The translations under genes and the position numbers were made by a program. Below, in pieces: positions 25,050-39,059 of a stretch of 64,000 nt of DNA; within the stretch, counting starts at the first letter, position 1, and the number at the start of each line of letters is the position of its first letter. Under the pieces are notes generated by a model, which did no database searches, was not told the origin of the DNA, and saw only the letters and a list, made by a program, of their open reading frames with translations. The stretch spans positions 28,439,205-28,503,204 of the forward strand of contig NC_068991.1 in assembly GCF_001194135.2 (NCBI RefSeq). Direction: 5' to 3'. Source of the stretch: Octopus bimaculoides (lineage: Eukaryota).

Positions 25050-26810
25050 AAGCGCTCTCTCCAGTTGCAATCTTAGGCTTACAGGTGCAACCTGACAACT
25101 GATCCATTTATTTGGGTCATGTCCACCATTCTCACACCACTTTCAACAAATTTATTGAAAAGCAGCACTTCACATTTCAAGTGGAACTTGATAAAGACAA
25201 TGAGGGCTTGGCTGAAGAGGTAAATATCTATCTTCAATCCTTGAAGTTGCATGCACCACACAATCTCTTTTGCCATAGCTACAAGACAGAGGAAACCACC
25301 TGCCTTTCTTAGACAAAAGGAAGTTGTAAAGTGATTATCATGATGGACTTCTTAGACAAAGGAAGGTAATGAAGAACCCATCACAATGGATTTGGCTGAT
25401 AGGCAGACTAGTCTCACATGTGTTAACAATGCTTGGATACTGAATGAGTGATAGTAGAATAGTTTCTTCACTCTGCAAGCACCGAAGAGAGGCCTGTTTA
25501 TAGAATTTATCATGAGCCAGCAATGCCCCTCTTTCTTGGCAAAACTACCAGACCAGGATTTCAGGAGATTATCCATAATCTCCAGACTGAAAGTCCCCTC
25601 AGATCAGACAACTGATTCTTAGCAAAGTCCAAGTAAGTTATCATTCTCCCTCATCACTAGTCTTTTACAGTGACTGACCTCATTGCCCTACCAGTATAAG
25701 TCTGTATCTGGCAATATTCCAGGTTCCAGGCATCTAGGCTTGGTTTTCGTTTACCAAAGAGATGTGCAGTAGGAAAGCATTCCTAACAAAGAGGCGCTAT
25801 ACCTGCTCACCATCCAGGAATAATTGTAAATGCCACAACCACAGTGCATGGCTATGCATCATCAGCCACTGCATACCAATCTTTCATGCAAAGATCATTG
25901 ACAGTAGATGGACAGCTTGATCAGAGGAATGCAACTCTTCCACAGAAGTGGAAGAGCAGATGGTCTAACCTGATCAGAGAAAAACTGGAACAAGGTGCAA
26001 TGGTCAAGCAGTAGTATATGCCACAGGTGATGTATATATTTGTTACCTATACCTGATCTTTCAGAGATAGCTTCCTCTCAGCTCATTTCTAGGTATGACT
26101 AACAACATTTTTTAAATTTCATTCAGGTTTTCTAGCCACCTGAAAATCTAGACACAACCAGATCACAAGCAACTTAATTGGCACATCAATCCAGTAACCA
26201 ATGACACTGGCTAATGGCATGGACTTGTCTCTCCAGATACCAACATGGAAGCTCACTGATTTATTTGGATTAATTTTTTGCTTCTGTCACCACTTCTTAT
26301 TTCTCTAGAATGGTGCCAAACTTTTTGTCTTGGACCAAGCATATAATTCAAAATGGTTCTAAAGGAAGACCATTTAATCTAAGCAAATGGCACTAAAATG
26401 GGACAGAACCCAGCTACACTGAGGACACCTACCAAGTAACTTGGGTCGACCCTGTCAAAAGGTTTTCATTAGATATCTACTAAAGCCAGGTTTGTTACCA
26501 ACCCTTTCTATGATGTATTGAAGGAGGTGGAGTTTTTCATGGATCAATCTTCATGGGATCACACAGATTGGTGCTTTCCTTATCCTACGACTTACAAGTC
26601 ACCAACCACTCTGCTAGCACCTTGGCCAAAATCTGCAACCCTGCCGTTAGCAGACTTATGGGCTAGAATTATCAATAATATCCCTTGTGTGAGACCTTCA
26701 TCAGCAAAGCTACTACACACCAGCTCTCTAAACTTGGAATTCTCCCATCCTGATGCCTGCTACAGTAGTCTCCTGAAAGTGCAGCAAACAAGTCTGTCTG
26801 GCATATATAT
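25050..26810 (+). mobile_element. Highly decayed LINE ORF2-like remnant (I-group-like; assignment weak)
   Basis: A higher-GC, microsatellite-free block with scattered motif-like pieces in the expected order: EPIT.D, FLSWTKHI, a W.DR..LL..Y-like segment and APW. Confidence 0.3.
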
Positions 26811-26859
26811 AAAGTTTATAGGACAGGTGATTTTTTCCCCACCAACCAATAATAGTAAT

Positions 26860-27300
26860 TCTTTCTACTATAGACACAAGACCTGAAATTTTGAGGAGAG
26901 GGTTAGTTGATTTCATTGACCCCAGTACTTGACTGGTACTTAATTTTATCAACCCCAGAAAGATGAAAGGCAAAGCTGGCCTCAGTAAAATTTAAGCTCA
27001 GTATGTATAGAGGCCAGAAGAAATGCCACTAAGCATTTTGTCCAATGTGCTTATTATTTTGCTAGCTCACCATCTTAATAATACTACTTTCTAATTTTGG
27101 CACAAGGCCAGCAATTTCGAGATGAGGATTAAGTCAATTACATCATCCCCAGTACTCAACTGGTATTTATTTTATCAATCCCTAAAGGATGAAAAACAAA
27201 GTCAACTTTAATGGCATTTGGACTCAGAATGTAAAGTTGGAAGAAATGCCACTAAGTATTTTGTCCAGCATGTTAATGATTCTGCCAGCTCACTGCTTTA
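26860..27300 (-). mobile_element. Two tandem SINE-A copies
   Basis: Same consensus, arranged head-to-tail and separated by TAATAAT. Confidence 0.85.
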
Positions 27301-28243
27301 ATAATAGCAACAACAACAATGGTAATATCCGTATTAAGAGTTTGTAAAGTTGAAGTAACTTCCTGAAAGTAAAATTTCTGGCTTGATTATTACAATAGTA
27401 ATCAGAAAACTGAGGACATTTATACATTGCCCTAAAGTATTGATAACATTAAAGTGATTTTGCAGTTGCAGAGAATTATTGAAACTACAATACAACCTCA
27501 AACAGCCAAGAACTTATCACTGTAGAACACAGACTTCCTCACATGTTGGTCAAATATCAGTGGTGCTTCTTTTATTGAAAACTGAAGGAACAAACAGTCA
27601 AGCCCAACCACAATGAGATTTGAACACAAAACATTGATACAGTAAAATACCCAGTTTTACAATCTCTGTGACAATTGTAATGAAAAGGAGAAAAGGAGAA
27701 ATAACAAATGTAGCTTTTGAGTCATTAAAGACTTCTATATTGAATGTATTCCTTTTAATAAACCTTCTACTGTGAATACACAGGATTTACATAAGAGAAT
27801 TATTTCAATAATGATAACGAATTCTGATGGAAAAAAATGGTTGTTTTTTTTAACCAAAATAATGCTTTTCTACAGCAGATATCAGCTGTTATTGGTTAAA
27901 ATAGGAGGCGGGGGGGGGGGTATAAAATTTGAAGATAATAATAATAATAATAATAGTTATTTTAACCTCCACGTTTCTGTACTTGCACAAGTCAAATGGA
28001 GTTCATTGAAGCAAATTGACTATGTTAAGATGCCCTTCCTGTCACCACCCCACATGTGTTTCTAAACTGGGTAATATTCCCCGCTGGCTAGATAAGTTTT
28101 TCCCTGAAAGACTGGAAACGAACAATATCACTTATATGATGTGATGAAGCGTGTTTACAATCTTCACATGAAGACAAAACACACATACATGTCATCAAGT
28201 ATAAATGTCGATATCTGCATATATTTATACATACATAGTCTTT

Positions 28244-28279
<36 letters not shown>

Positions 28280-31106
28280 TGCAGATGCAAAGGTTTCTTT
28301 CAGTTTCTGTGTAGCAAAGCCACTTACAAGGCTTTGGTTAACCTGGAGCTGAAGTACAAGATACTTATCTGAGGTGCCATGCAGTAGGAATGAACCCAAA
28401 AACACATGGTTGGGAAGTAAGCTTCTTAACTACACAGTCATGCTGAAATCATTCCTCAATAAACAACATGCAAACATGGAAAAGTGAGCATTATAATAAA
28501 TATGATGATGATGATTGTGATAAAAGAAAATAAATTATAAACAAAATACATATATATTTGAATAGAAAAAACAAAAATGAAAAAATAAAGAGCAAAATCA
28601 CACTGATATTTCCTGATGAAATTCAAGATAGGAAACAAATGATTTACTTGACCATAGTGCATTACTGGTACTTATTGAGCCATGGGGTAAAAAGTAAAGA
28701 GCAAACCATCTGTTTTTAATATTTGTGCTAATCTTACTTCTCTTTATTTTTTTTATAATAAAAAAAACTTTAAAATGTATCGTTTTCATTAGGAAGGATG
28801 ATTTGTGGTGAACGTGATTCTTTTCTTCTTTTTTCTCTCAATCATTCTTACCACCTGTAACCTGTTCTCAGCTAAGCAGACTAAGTCTAGAAGAGTTCTG
28901 TAACTTACATAAAAGCTACACTAAAATGCTAAGGTTTCAATTATTTGTTGAAGTTGGTTAAAAAGGCCAGCACCTTAACACATAACTGCCGTAGTATCTT
29001 ATGAAAGTGAACATTAGTTACTACACTCAATGTGTTAGATTTGGATAAGGAGGAGGAAATTTAAAAAAAAAAAAAACACAGCACTCATGGCCTTTCATGC
29101 TCAGAATTATCAAAGCATAGAACAAACTATCCTCATCGGATGTTAGCTGTCAAGACACTGCATCCTTCAAAAATTCCATGCTGCCCAAAACTCACAGCAC
29201 TAATCTTGACGTCCTGTGCATCCATTTTCTTTCTTTTTTTATTGCTCAGATACTGTCCACTTTTCTGTCTATATTTCACTCTGTTACTGTGCATGTACTT
29301 TTGGCTATCATTGCTATTTTTCTTCACATGACTTATTGCTGCTTTATGTCCTTGCTTTTACTGTTTTCAAACAGGTGGTAGTATACATGAGTACTGTGTA
29401 TAGTAAGCTCATTATTATAATTTCAACAAATGATAAAAAATAAAACAAGAAAAACCAGTTAAATATACTTAAAAACTGTCTTTGATTAGTAACATAAATT
29501 AATGTTAAACTAAAATGTATTCAATTTTAAAAATATCAAAAACTCAACTAAAAACAGGGTTTTTTTTAATAAAATTCTTTTCTCCTTTTACAATATTTAT
29601 TTCAAAAACATGATATTTCTAGAGCTACCTTCAGCTGACAACAGAGGTATTAATTAAAATAAAATCAAAACTTGTGGCACTACTAACATACCTTCTTCCA
29701 TTTAATAACTACCCCTTAAAATAGATGCTAATCACCTTATACAACTAAATTTCTCTCATTGTTTTTGTTCAACAACTAAACTAATTTCTAACATTGGCTC
29801 AAGGCCACAGATATCTAAGAGAAGGGGACAATCAATTACTGACCCCAGAAAGATGAAATGTAAATAAGTTCAGCTAAACACAAGACATGCCCCCACAGAT
29901 GTTATACCAATTCTGATAATCTACTGTAATACTGACAATATATTCCTTATCTAACTGTACTTTATCTGTCATCTGCCTGTTTTCATAGCCCTCCCAATAT
30001 CATTAAAAAAAAAAAAAAAAAAAGGGTTCTGCCACTCGCACTGCTACTCACTCAACCCTCAGTTCCTATGTTACTCTCTCTTTGACTGTCTTGTTCAGGT
30101 TAATGTGGAGCCCCACTACATACATTGTTATAATTAAGATTTTAAAATGAAAACTGACTCAAGCCATTATTCTATGACCATGCGAGGCAGTAACATCTAC
30201 ACATACATACTACAATTTAAATGTATTTTTTCTTTTGTTTAAGGTAAATAGTGTTGACTTTAATTAATCCTGTATCCTCTCTGCTCTACCCCACCCTCTC
30301 TCTCTCTCTCTCTCATACACCAGGGGACATTGGCAGCTAGGGTGAGATGACAGGTATGATGGTGTACCTGGGATAACAGAAACAACCAGGTTATAAGGTA
30401 GTGAGACAAAAAAGTTAATAATGGCAGTGTCTCTCACTCTATAGTAGGTAAAACACTTTGTTGTCCAGTCAGCAAGAGAGTCACAGATCAAGCCTTGTTG
30501 GTGCTAAGTAAACTACATTTTGAATTGGGACTATAATATTAATATATGTAATGAATTGCTAATATATGTAATTTATAACCAGTTAATTGTGTATAAGTGA
30601 ATTTGTTGTTGTTGCTGTTTAAGCCTAGGTTTACTCTGAAGAGGTTAATGGTACCAACCATGGCCACTACATCTTCTCAAAGATTGTAAACACCATTTTG
30701 CAATAATGATAGTTACTCTAAAAGAATTTGGGTTTCTTTTTTTAAAATTTATTTCTTCCTAAGTTGAAACACACAATATATAATTACACAAACACTTGCA
30801 CATAGATACACACACACACACACACACTTGTTTGCAGATGACAATTTATTCCATTGCTAATCAAAGTTTCTTGTTATGTGTAATCCTTCAGGTAAGATAA
30901 TCACTTTGATGATTGCACATAACTTCAGAGTAGAAACAAAGTGAATCATAGCTTCAAATGAATAAAGCCCACTATATGTATAGAGTACTCTTTCTTTTAT
31001 ATGTACAGCCAAACATGTGTATCATGTGTGTGTGTGCGTGTGTGTGTGAGTATGTGGTATTTAATTTCTAAAAACACTAAGTGTGTGTGTGTGTGTGTGT
31101 GTGAGT

Positions 31107-31148
<42 letters not shown>

Positions 31149-32757
31149 TGTCTTTAGAAATTTATCAAATACCATTAATATCATATTTTGTTTGATTTTA
31201 GCCATTTCAAAACATACTGGTCACTCTGGCAAACTAAGTAAGGTTATCTCTAGAGCTTTTTTGTTTTCAACTGAATGTCAAGCACTCCTCCTATATTGGT
31301 ACATTTTGTCATTTTGCCAAAGGTCACAGTTTTACAAACAATTAATAGTTTTTACCGACAACTTCAAGGAAGCTATATATAAGTTACCTTCCACTACACA
31401 AACAGACCATTCAACAACAATAATTGCTTGAACAGTCTGCAACATTTAAAGGGGAGTCCTATCGTTGGAATGGCAAAAACCTCAGCTCAGCATATTTCAT
31501 TTTAAATAGATCAATACCCAGGCTCTCATTAATCCAACCCAATATGGTTCATTTGCTCACACTTTACACCAATTTAGTATTCCATTGGTGATATTGTGGC
31601 ATCGTTAAAGCCTTTTTATTGACAAGGCTTCAGTCAGAGTCAAAATAATTATTAAACATGATTTATCCATTGCTATCATTGGAACAGATAGAATTCAGAT
31701 TATAACATGGGTTCAAATCATCCCACAGATACCAGTGTTACCTTAAGCAAGATATATGGTTTACAAGTCACAGTCCTGCACTGTGAACTAATTATGACAT
31801 CATAAGACATATCTGGGTGTCTACCAATGATATGTCATTCAATCACTTTATCTTACTAACTGGTATCTGACTACAAGAGTTTAGAATTGAATGTTGACAG
31901 CAGCTTTGTGTATGAGCTTTCATTATTTAATGTTCATGTTCCATGCTGGCATAGGTTGCACAGTATGACTGATGGGTTCAAGGACTGCATCATGCTTATT
32001 TGTCTGCTTTGGCATGGTTTCTATAGCTGGATGCTCTTTCTAATGCCATCTAGTATAGCATATATTAGATGCTTTTTGTATGGCACCAGAACTAGTGAGG
32101 TTGCCATTAGCTTGCAAGACTATGAACCCCAAGGGAGCAGCTTTATGCTAAGAGATGAGCAGGGGAAGTATGACAAAAGAGGCCAGAGCAGAGCAGGTTT
32201 CTTACAGTAAAAGAGTTATGTGACTACTCGCATTTTAGAAAAAAGGAAGAGAATGATTGGGTAGAGCTGGAAAGAGAAATAAAATGATAAAGTGTCTGAG
32301 TTAAAAAGTTGAAGTATTAGCCTGAAGTGAAACATGTAAAAGATAAACTAGCCCAAATTATGGTATTGGTTGGTGGTAGGAAGTATAATAGTTTTGTACT
32401 GCTAGGATGTGGCATTGATGTGTTTAGAAGAAACGAATAGTAAGTATGATGTATATGAGTAGTAGTGAGCACAATAGTGTTATGGTAGCTGGAACAACTT
32501 TAGATTTACTAGATGCACTGATGTAGCAGACATGAACAGCTTTGGACCATTTGATCTTTAAAAAATTGGTAAATATGTTTGTTTACTTAGCTGAGCTAAG
32601 CTAGTAAACTAGTGGTAGATATGAAGTTAGTGATTAATAGAGCTAAGAGAACTCTGACAACATAAAGGAGATTCACCTTCCACAGTAAAAGACAAACAAT
32701 ATGATTTTATTGTGTATCATAACATGGATGGTATATTGGCAGTGAGACTGAAACAAG

Positions 32758-32759
<2 letters not shown>

Positions 32760-32839
<80 letters not shown>
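32760..32839 (+). repeat. (GT)n microsatellite
   Basis: Pure tract of about 40 units. Confidence 0.97.
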
Positions 32840-32841
<2 letters not shown>

Positions 32842-32959
32842 AAAGAAAAAGAGATATAGAAGGCATGTAGTGATGAGAGAGGAGTAAGTTGAATATTGGA
32901 TATGTAATGAGATGGGATAAAGACTAGTGATAGAAGTGAAATGAGAAGGTAAGAAATTA

Positions 32960-33170
32960 TTAACAGCAACAAAATAGATTGATATGTTGGATGGGGTGTG
33001 AGAGAGAATCTACATTGATGTGGATGATAGAGGCTTATACCTGAATAGTGATGGTGAGTTGGATGTAGAAGGTAAATGTAGATGTCGACCAAGGAAGACT
33101 TGGGAAGTTGTTGTTTAATCAAGCCTAAGAAGGATTGTCTTCACAGATGAGATAATACAAGGTTGAAGAG
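32960..33170 (+). mobile_element. Short RTE C-terminal remnant
   Basis: VEGKCRCRPRKTWEVV resembles VEGTCGRGRHRKTWDEVV of the 18129 copy. Confidence 0.55.
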
Positions 33171-34750
33171 GTTATTTACTGCAAACTCTTTCAGCCCAAA
33201 CTGGGCTGACAGGAGACTGAGATTTCAGAATGATGGCAATGATTATCTACACTAATATGAAAAATAGAGGGAATGAATATGAAAATACTAACAACATGGA
33301 TAGTATTGATTTCATCTAAAAAGTTAAGTTAAAAGGTGAATTAGTCTCATGAAAGGTGTCATTTCTCACAAATATGACAAGTGATTTTTATTATATCATG
33401 CACATGACAAATTATATATATATATATATATAATATATATCATGTATATATCACACATTTGACAAAGATATCTGTCATCACTGCCATGTGTATGTATGAT
33501 AAACACATGTAACATTTATCACACACACACATGACAATACCTTTCATATACACAACAAAACATTAGTCAGGGAAAGTCAAAGGTCACATTCTATTGTAGT
33601 TTCACTGCAGTTTATCTCGCATCATCATACTGGCCATTCATTTCAATGAACTGAGCTAATTATACGGGATTTCTTCCAACCATTGCAGACTAACTTTAAT
33701 TGAGACAGTGAAAAGGAAGTGGATAACAACATCCTGGTGATACAGTAAATCAGAGAAAATTGGGCAAGTAATGCATTAATGTGATCCTTTAATGAGGTGA
33801 GGCAAGAGTTGATCCCATGACATGGTTTCAGGGAACTTTTAGAAACCTTGTATATAGCAGCTTAATTATATGTCAATGATTAACAGAAAAGATGTAAGCT
33901 AAGGATACACACGTCCAGTTATTCAGACTGAGCACTGTAATGTCACCAATGCATTTTTATCATTATTGTCCTTACATGTTTTTGATTTGTATTAGCCCTT
34001 GTGGCCAATAAAACAGAATTAATTATTATTATTATTATTATTATTATTATAGCATTATTTCAACACTTGGTATGGTCAGGCCCTTACAGGACAGATCTGA
34101 GCAGATGAACTCCTAATGGCTTTAATTACTATTTATCAATAGTGTGGCATTTAACTACTATGTGTAATAGTACAGTATTTAATTATTATATATTGTTATA
34201 AGGTATTAAAAGAAATAATTTGAAAAGAAGGTTAATATGGGTGAGAACATTAACGTTGGAAGATATGGTATCAATCTAGGTTGAAATCCTACTGAAATCA
34301 ATTGTGTTTCCTAGTTGATATAAATACCAGTAATATACTGTGCTATTTCAATCCACCTTTCTTTGTCACTAAGTTCTCCACACAAATTATCAACAGTTTT
34401 AAAATATTTATGCAACAATACAAATAATTTTCTTTCTGGTTGAAATTTAAAAAAAAGTTTTTTACCAAAATTTATTCATTTCAATTCTTTTCACCAGTCT
34501 ATTATGGAAGATTAAACTACAGTTTTTAAATATATTTTTGTAGATGTTTATAAATTCATATTAAATTATGTTTCTTCTAAAAGCTCAGGTTAACACACAC
34601 ACATTTTCAAGTAATTATAAAGTTTATGTGTGAGGCAAATAAAGACACCTTCCAGACAACATGAACTTACAATTCAGATTATTTATTACCTAGCAATGTG
34701 GTTCTTTATTAGCATGGCCAATGTGCTTCCTCTGTGTGTGTGTGTGTGTC

Positions 34751-34788
<38 letters not shown>

Positions 34789-34798
34789 NNNNNNNNNN

Positions 34799-34859
<61 letters not shown>

Positions 34860-36817
34860 TGAAAATGTCCAGATCAACAGATACATTGTTAGAATCATAT
34901 TCTCTAAAATCCTGGAACAAAGGACACCCAAGTAAAAAATGATGCAGAGAAATCCTTGATGGTGAAGTTACTTAAGAAGTTATCATAAGATTACAGAGTA
35001 TTATCAGAACAAAATGGTAAATTATAGCAACTAGTGTTCTACCTAGAATTATTTTGTTATGTTGCTCAGACAACATGATCCTATATATATATATACATAT
35101 ATATATAAACAGATTAGGTACATATACATATAAACAGATTAGAGGAAGTCGATAAATGCAGCAGCAGTAGCAGCAGCAGCAGTGGCAGCAGCAGCAACAG
35201 ACAACTGGTAATTGGCACCAGAACAATTGGCATGTTAACAATGAGAATCTGTTAATCAATGAATGGAAGAGATAAAATTACAAACTGATTTCATTCGTTA
35301 AACCTTTCCCTCCTGTTGCTGGTGGATTAGGAGGAAGAGGAGGAAGGGAACAAGTTTTCTTGTTAACCATCAGAGTAAAAAAAAAAAATATTATGGAAAT
35401 TTCCAGATATTATTTTGCTGGTGGCCGTGACCATGGCAGTGGCAATTATGAGCAATGAAAACAAGGAATCATTTACAGAGGACAGAAGCCATTATTTACT
35501 ACCAGTGCCAGCCAATACATTTCAGATTTCACTAGTCTTTATCTGTTCAAGAAGAGATTTTCTGGCATTTATAAGAATGTATGAGTAGTGATCAGTCAAC
35601 AAAGAGTATTGATTAGTGATCATGAAACAAAATTATCATGATTTCTGCCTCATGGGAAATAGTCACATTGGTGCCATCGCAATAGTTTTGGGGGTTTTTT
35701 TTAATAAAAATTGGTCAAGTTTATTTGGATTTTGGCGAAATTTTCTATGACACACTGGTCCCTTATTTATTTCCAATTTTGAATAGAAATAGTAATTAAA
35801 TAAATATTTAATAATGTGTTGAACGAATCCATGGAATGTAATACTGTAAAGCATTTGATGGCACTCAAAGACATTCCTCCACCCATCCCATGAGACAGCT
35901 CCGTGGCTTATTGATAGCAACACTGTCAAAAGTAACAATAGATGAACAGTAAAAATGATAATTCTATTCTTGATGTTTTCTTTGGCTTTTTAATTTTAAT
36001 TTTCTTTTCCAAAGGGAAATTTGAAAATTTTCAATAATTTTGGTATTATTAAATTACTTGTTTTTTTCCTTTTTTAAAAAAAATAAGTTTTAAAACTAAA
36101 CCAAGTTCTAATGAATGTGACATGAAGATGATATATAAAAAACAAAAATACTTTAGTTCTTGTGTTTAGAATATACTAAAAATAAATGATTCTATAAATC
36201 TAGTCTGGTGGCATTGGAAAATATAAGTCTAAGGTCAGCACCTAAAATCTTACAATCATCATTCATTTTAGATGAATACAAAAAAATGAAGCTTATAGTT
36301 CCTTTTTAGAGAAATCTATTAAATGTGCCACATACTTTTAATAAGTTATAGTACACAACATACACAACAAAGATCCAAAACATTAAATATACATACATAT
36401 ATATCCACAAACACACACACACATCCAACACATTCATCACAATACCTTGCAGTATTTGTTCCAATTCCCCACACACTGAGTTCAAATGCCACCAAAGTCA
36501 GCTTTGCCTTTTATCTTTTTAAGATCAACAAGTAAAGAACCGATCCAGAGTAGTAAATTGGCAGAGAGTGCCAAGTAACATGTTCTATACTATCTGTTCT
36601 GGCATTTTGTGTTTTAACAGCAACGCCTGCAATAACAAGTTTCAAGCTCTACTGACCTTAAAGAGGTAGCCTTTCATATTAGACAACAGTGGTGGTGGTA
36701 TGGAGTAAAAGGGAGACTTGCATCCATGGGTAACTGCAAAAGTCTGTGCATATATGTGTAGACATGTGGCCCATCCTCACAAATGGAGGCCTTACAGTAC
36801 ACACACTCTCTCACATG

Positions 36818-36855
<38 letters not shown>

Positions 36856-37578
36856 CATTCGCAAATAGACATATAAACAGACACACACATATATATATAT
36901 ATATAAACAGACACACACACATATATATACACACATACATATATATATATATATACACACATACATGTATATATGTACACATATACATAGATTAATACAC
37001 AGTACATGTGTGTATATGCATTAAATACCGATAAATGGATAAAGCAGTACAAAAAAAATCATTTAGGAAGTTATGTCGTGTGTGTGTGTGTGTGTGTGTG
37101 TGTTTAAGTGTGTATACTAGGGTGATCTATGATCTATGATCCGCTCAAATGATCTGCACATACACACACATACACACACACACACACACACGTACACTTT
37201 CATACACACCCACACAAACATACATTCACATATTCTCATACATACACACACATGCACACATACATTCACACTCTCTCATGCACACACACACACACACACA
37301 TACAGAATTGTTTCATCTTTTTGTTTTTCCCCACTGTATTATACCCAACAGCAGTAAAAAAAATTCTTCCTTGAAATACCTGATGGAATAGAAGGAAGAA
37401 TGATAAGAACAGTCCTGATGGTGCCCCAGAATGGCCACAGCCAAATGGTTGCAAACTGAGAAGATAGGAAGAATCCTCCTTTGAAATTATAAACATGTTT
37501 CGTTTTGTCTCTTTCTCACTCTCTTACACTCCCTCTCACTCTCACGCTCACTCAGCTAACTTTTGACATTTCATCCCA

Positions 37579-38073
37579 CTATTTCATTTTTATATGACCA
37601 TTCATCCCTTGGTAGCGTGTTGAATCCATGTAAGGTCCCCAGTATAGATGACGAGTGTAGAATATTAGGATTTTCTCTGTAAGGATACCGCCAAAGAACC
37701 ATAAAGGTGCATACTCAAGTGTCACTAGACCCATAATATCCCAGTCAAAATTATCGTAGTCCCAAGGACAGGCGTCAAAACGTGTTAATATATAACCAGT
37801 GCTGAATTCCCATAGGTAAGTCCACAACATGTAAATAAGTCCTCGACACAGCAATGGTACTGTGTCCTGTAAGCGATAATGAATCTGTTCGACAACAAGG
37901 ATTGCAACCCCATAAATCAACAGAGACCAGACACTTGTGTTTCCAGGAAACTTGACATTCATGTTAACAACAAACTCCCAGGCTGCTGTGAACATCACTT
38001 CAATGAAATAGCCATGGATGGCATAAATATAAAATCGCATAGGTAACGATAGTGCTATATGTTGATGCATCAT
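37579..38073 (-). CDS. TMEM229B: Transmembrane protein 229B-like (164 aa from the first ATG after the acceptor)
   Basis: The translation MMHQHIALSLPMRFYIYAIHGYFIEVMFTAAWEFVVNMNVKFPGNTSVWSLLIYG...LWTYLWEFSTGYIL...ACPWDY..FDWDIMGLVTLEYAPLWF...NGHIKMK matches the TMEM229B motifs I recall (YAIHGY.EVMFTAAWEFVVN, FPG.TSVW, CPWDY, GL.TLEYA, terminal NGH.K). The frame is uninterrupted, ATG is at 38073 and the stop at 37579-37581. The longer ORF in the track runs through intron and N-gap. Confidence 0.92.
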   Translation of the reverse strand: MMHQHIALSLPMRFYIYAIHGYFIEVMFTAAWEFVVNMNVKFPGNTSVWSLLIYGVAILVVEQIHYRLQDTVPLLCRGLIYMLWTYLWEFSTGYILTRFDACPWDYDNFDWDIMGLVTLEYAPLWFFGGILTEKILIFYTRHLYWGPYMDSTRYQGMNGHIKMK

Positions 38074-38140
38074 TGTTTGCCAGCTGTTGTGATGACGAGT
38101 GAAGAAACTTTCAGTAGAATCTGGAAGAAAAAATAAAATA
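38074..38140 (-). promoter_or_regulatory. 3' splice acceptor and 47-nt 5' part of the TMEM229B coding exon
   Basis: The minus strand reads TATTTTATTTTTTCTTCCAG|ATTCTACTG. The polypyrimidine tract ends in CAG (38123-38121) and the exon starts at 38120. The frame stays open up to the acceptor (phase 1), so an upstream N-terminal extension is not excluded. Confidence 0.65.
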
Positions 38141-38172
38141 TCTATAAAAATACATCGAAATACACACACATG

Positions 38173-38208
<36 letters not shown>

Positions 38209-38679
38209 AATAATACAAAATGNNNNNNNNNNNNNNNNNNNNNNNNNNNNNNNNNNNNNNNNNNNNNNNNNNNNNNNNNNNNNNNNNNNNNNNNNNNNNN
38301 NNNNNNNNNNNNNNNNNNNNNNNNNNNNNNNNNNNNNNNNNNNNNNNNNNNNNNNNNNNNNNNNNNNNNNNNNNNNNNNNNNNNNNNNNNNNNNNNNNNN
38401 NNNNNNNNNNNNNNNNNNNNNNNNNNNNNNNNNNNNNNNNNNNNNNNNNNNNNNNNNNNNNNNNNNNNNNNNNNNNNNNNNNNNNNNNNNNNNNNNNNNN
38501 NNNNNNNNNNNNNNNNNNNNNNNNNNNNNNNNNNNNNNNNNNNNNNNNCTCTTCCGATCTAATAACAACAGATGTCTTTCAACTAAGGATGAATTAAATT
38601 AAGCTGGTGTGTGTGGAAATAAAGTCTTACGGCAGAGATACAAGATTTCACAGGCACAAAATTGTAGTTGTGGCCAATG

Positions 38680-38900
38680 CCAGTGTCAGTTAACTTGCAC
38701 CCATGCTGGTGGCACATAAAAAGTACCCATTACACTCTTGGAGTGGTCGGCGTTAGAAAGGGCATCCAGCCATAGAAACCACGCCAAATCAGATTGGAAC
38801 CTGGTACAACTCTCCAGCTTACCAGTCTCAGTCAAACTGTCTAACCCATGCCAGCATGGAAAGCAAACATTAAATGTTGCTATTGCTGTTGTTGATGATG
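38680..38900 (+). mobile_element. Solo RTE 3'-tail repeat (representative of about 10 copies)
   Basis: GGTGGCACATAAAAAGTACCC..GTTAGAAAGGGCATCCAGC..AACCCATGCCAGCATGGAAAG..ATTAAATG matches 19140-19320. Other copies (approximate): 11215-11425(+), 31905-32115(-), 43612-43766(-), 45865-46100(-), 47420-47592(-), 49085-49272(+), 52770-52990(-), 57725-57860(+), 61860-62056(+). Confidence 0.8.
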
Positions 38901-39059
38901 ATTGGTACAATGGGTAAATTGTCGCTATTTTATATTTTTAATATCATGCATGTGCATTGTTTGCTTTTGATTTTGTTGACTACATAGTGTACTAGGGTCA
39001 GTTGGGCACTGTCTGTGCACAAAACAGCACCATGACGCAATTCACTTAGCCAGAAATTT

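Noticed and set aside
33571-33586. DR1-like nuclear receptor site AAAGTCAAAGGTCA
   Set aside because: A single motif in 64 kb with no supporting evidence.
36674-37391. HTHT / YIYI / CVCV / ERER ORFs here and elsewhere
   Set aside because: These are translations of dinucleotide microsatellites.
38074-38568. 329-aa version of TMEM229B
   Set aside because: The extension crosses a polypyrimidine acceptor, a (TA)n tract and an N-gap, so it is intronic.
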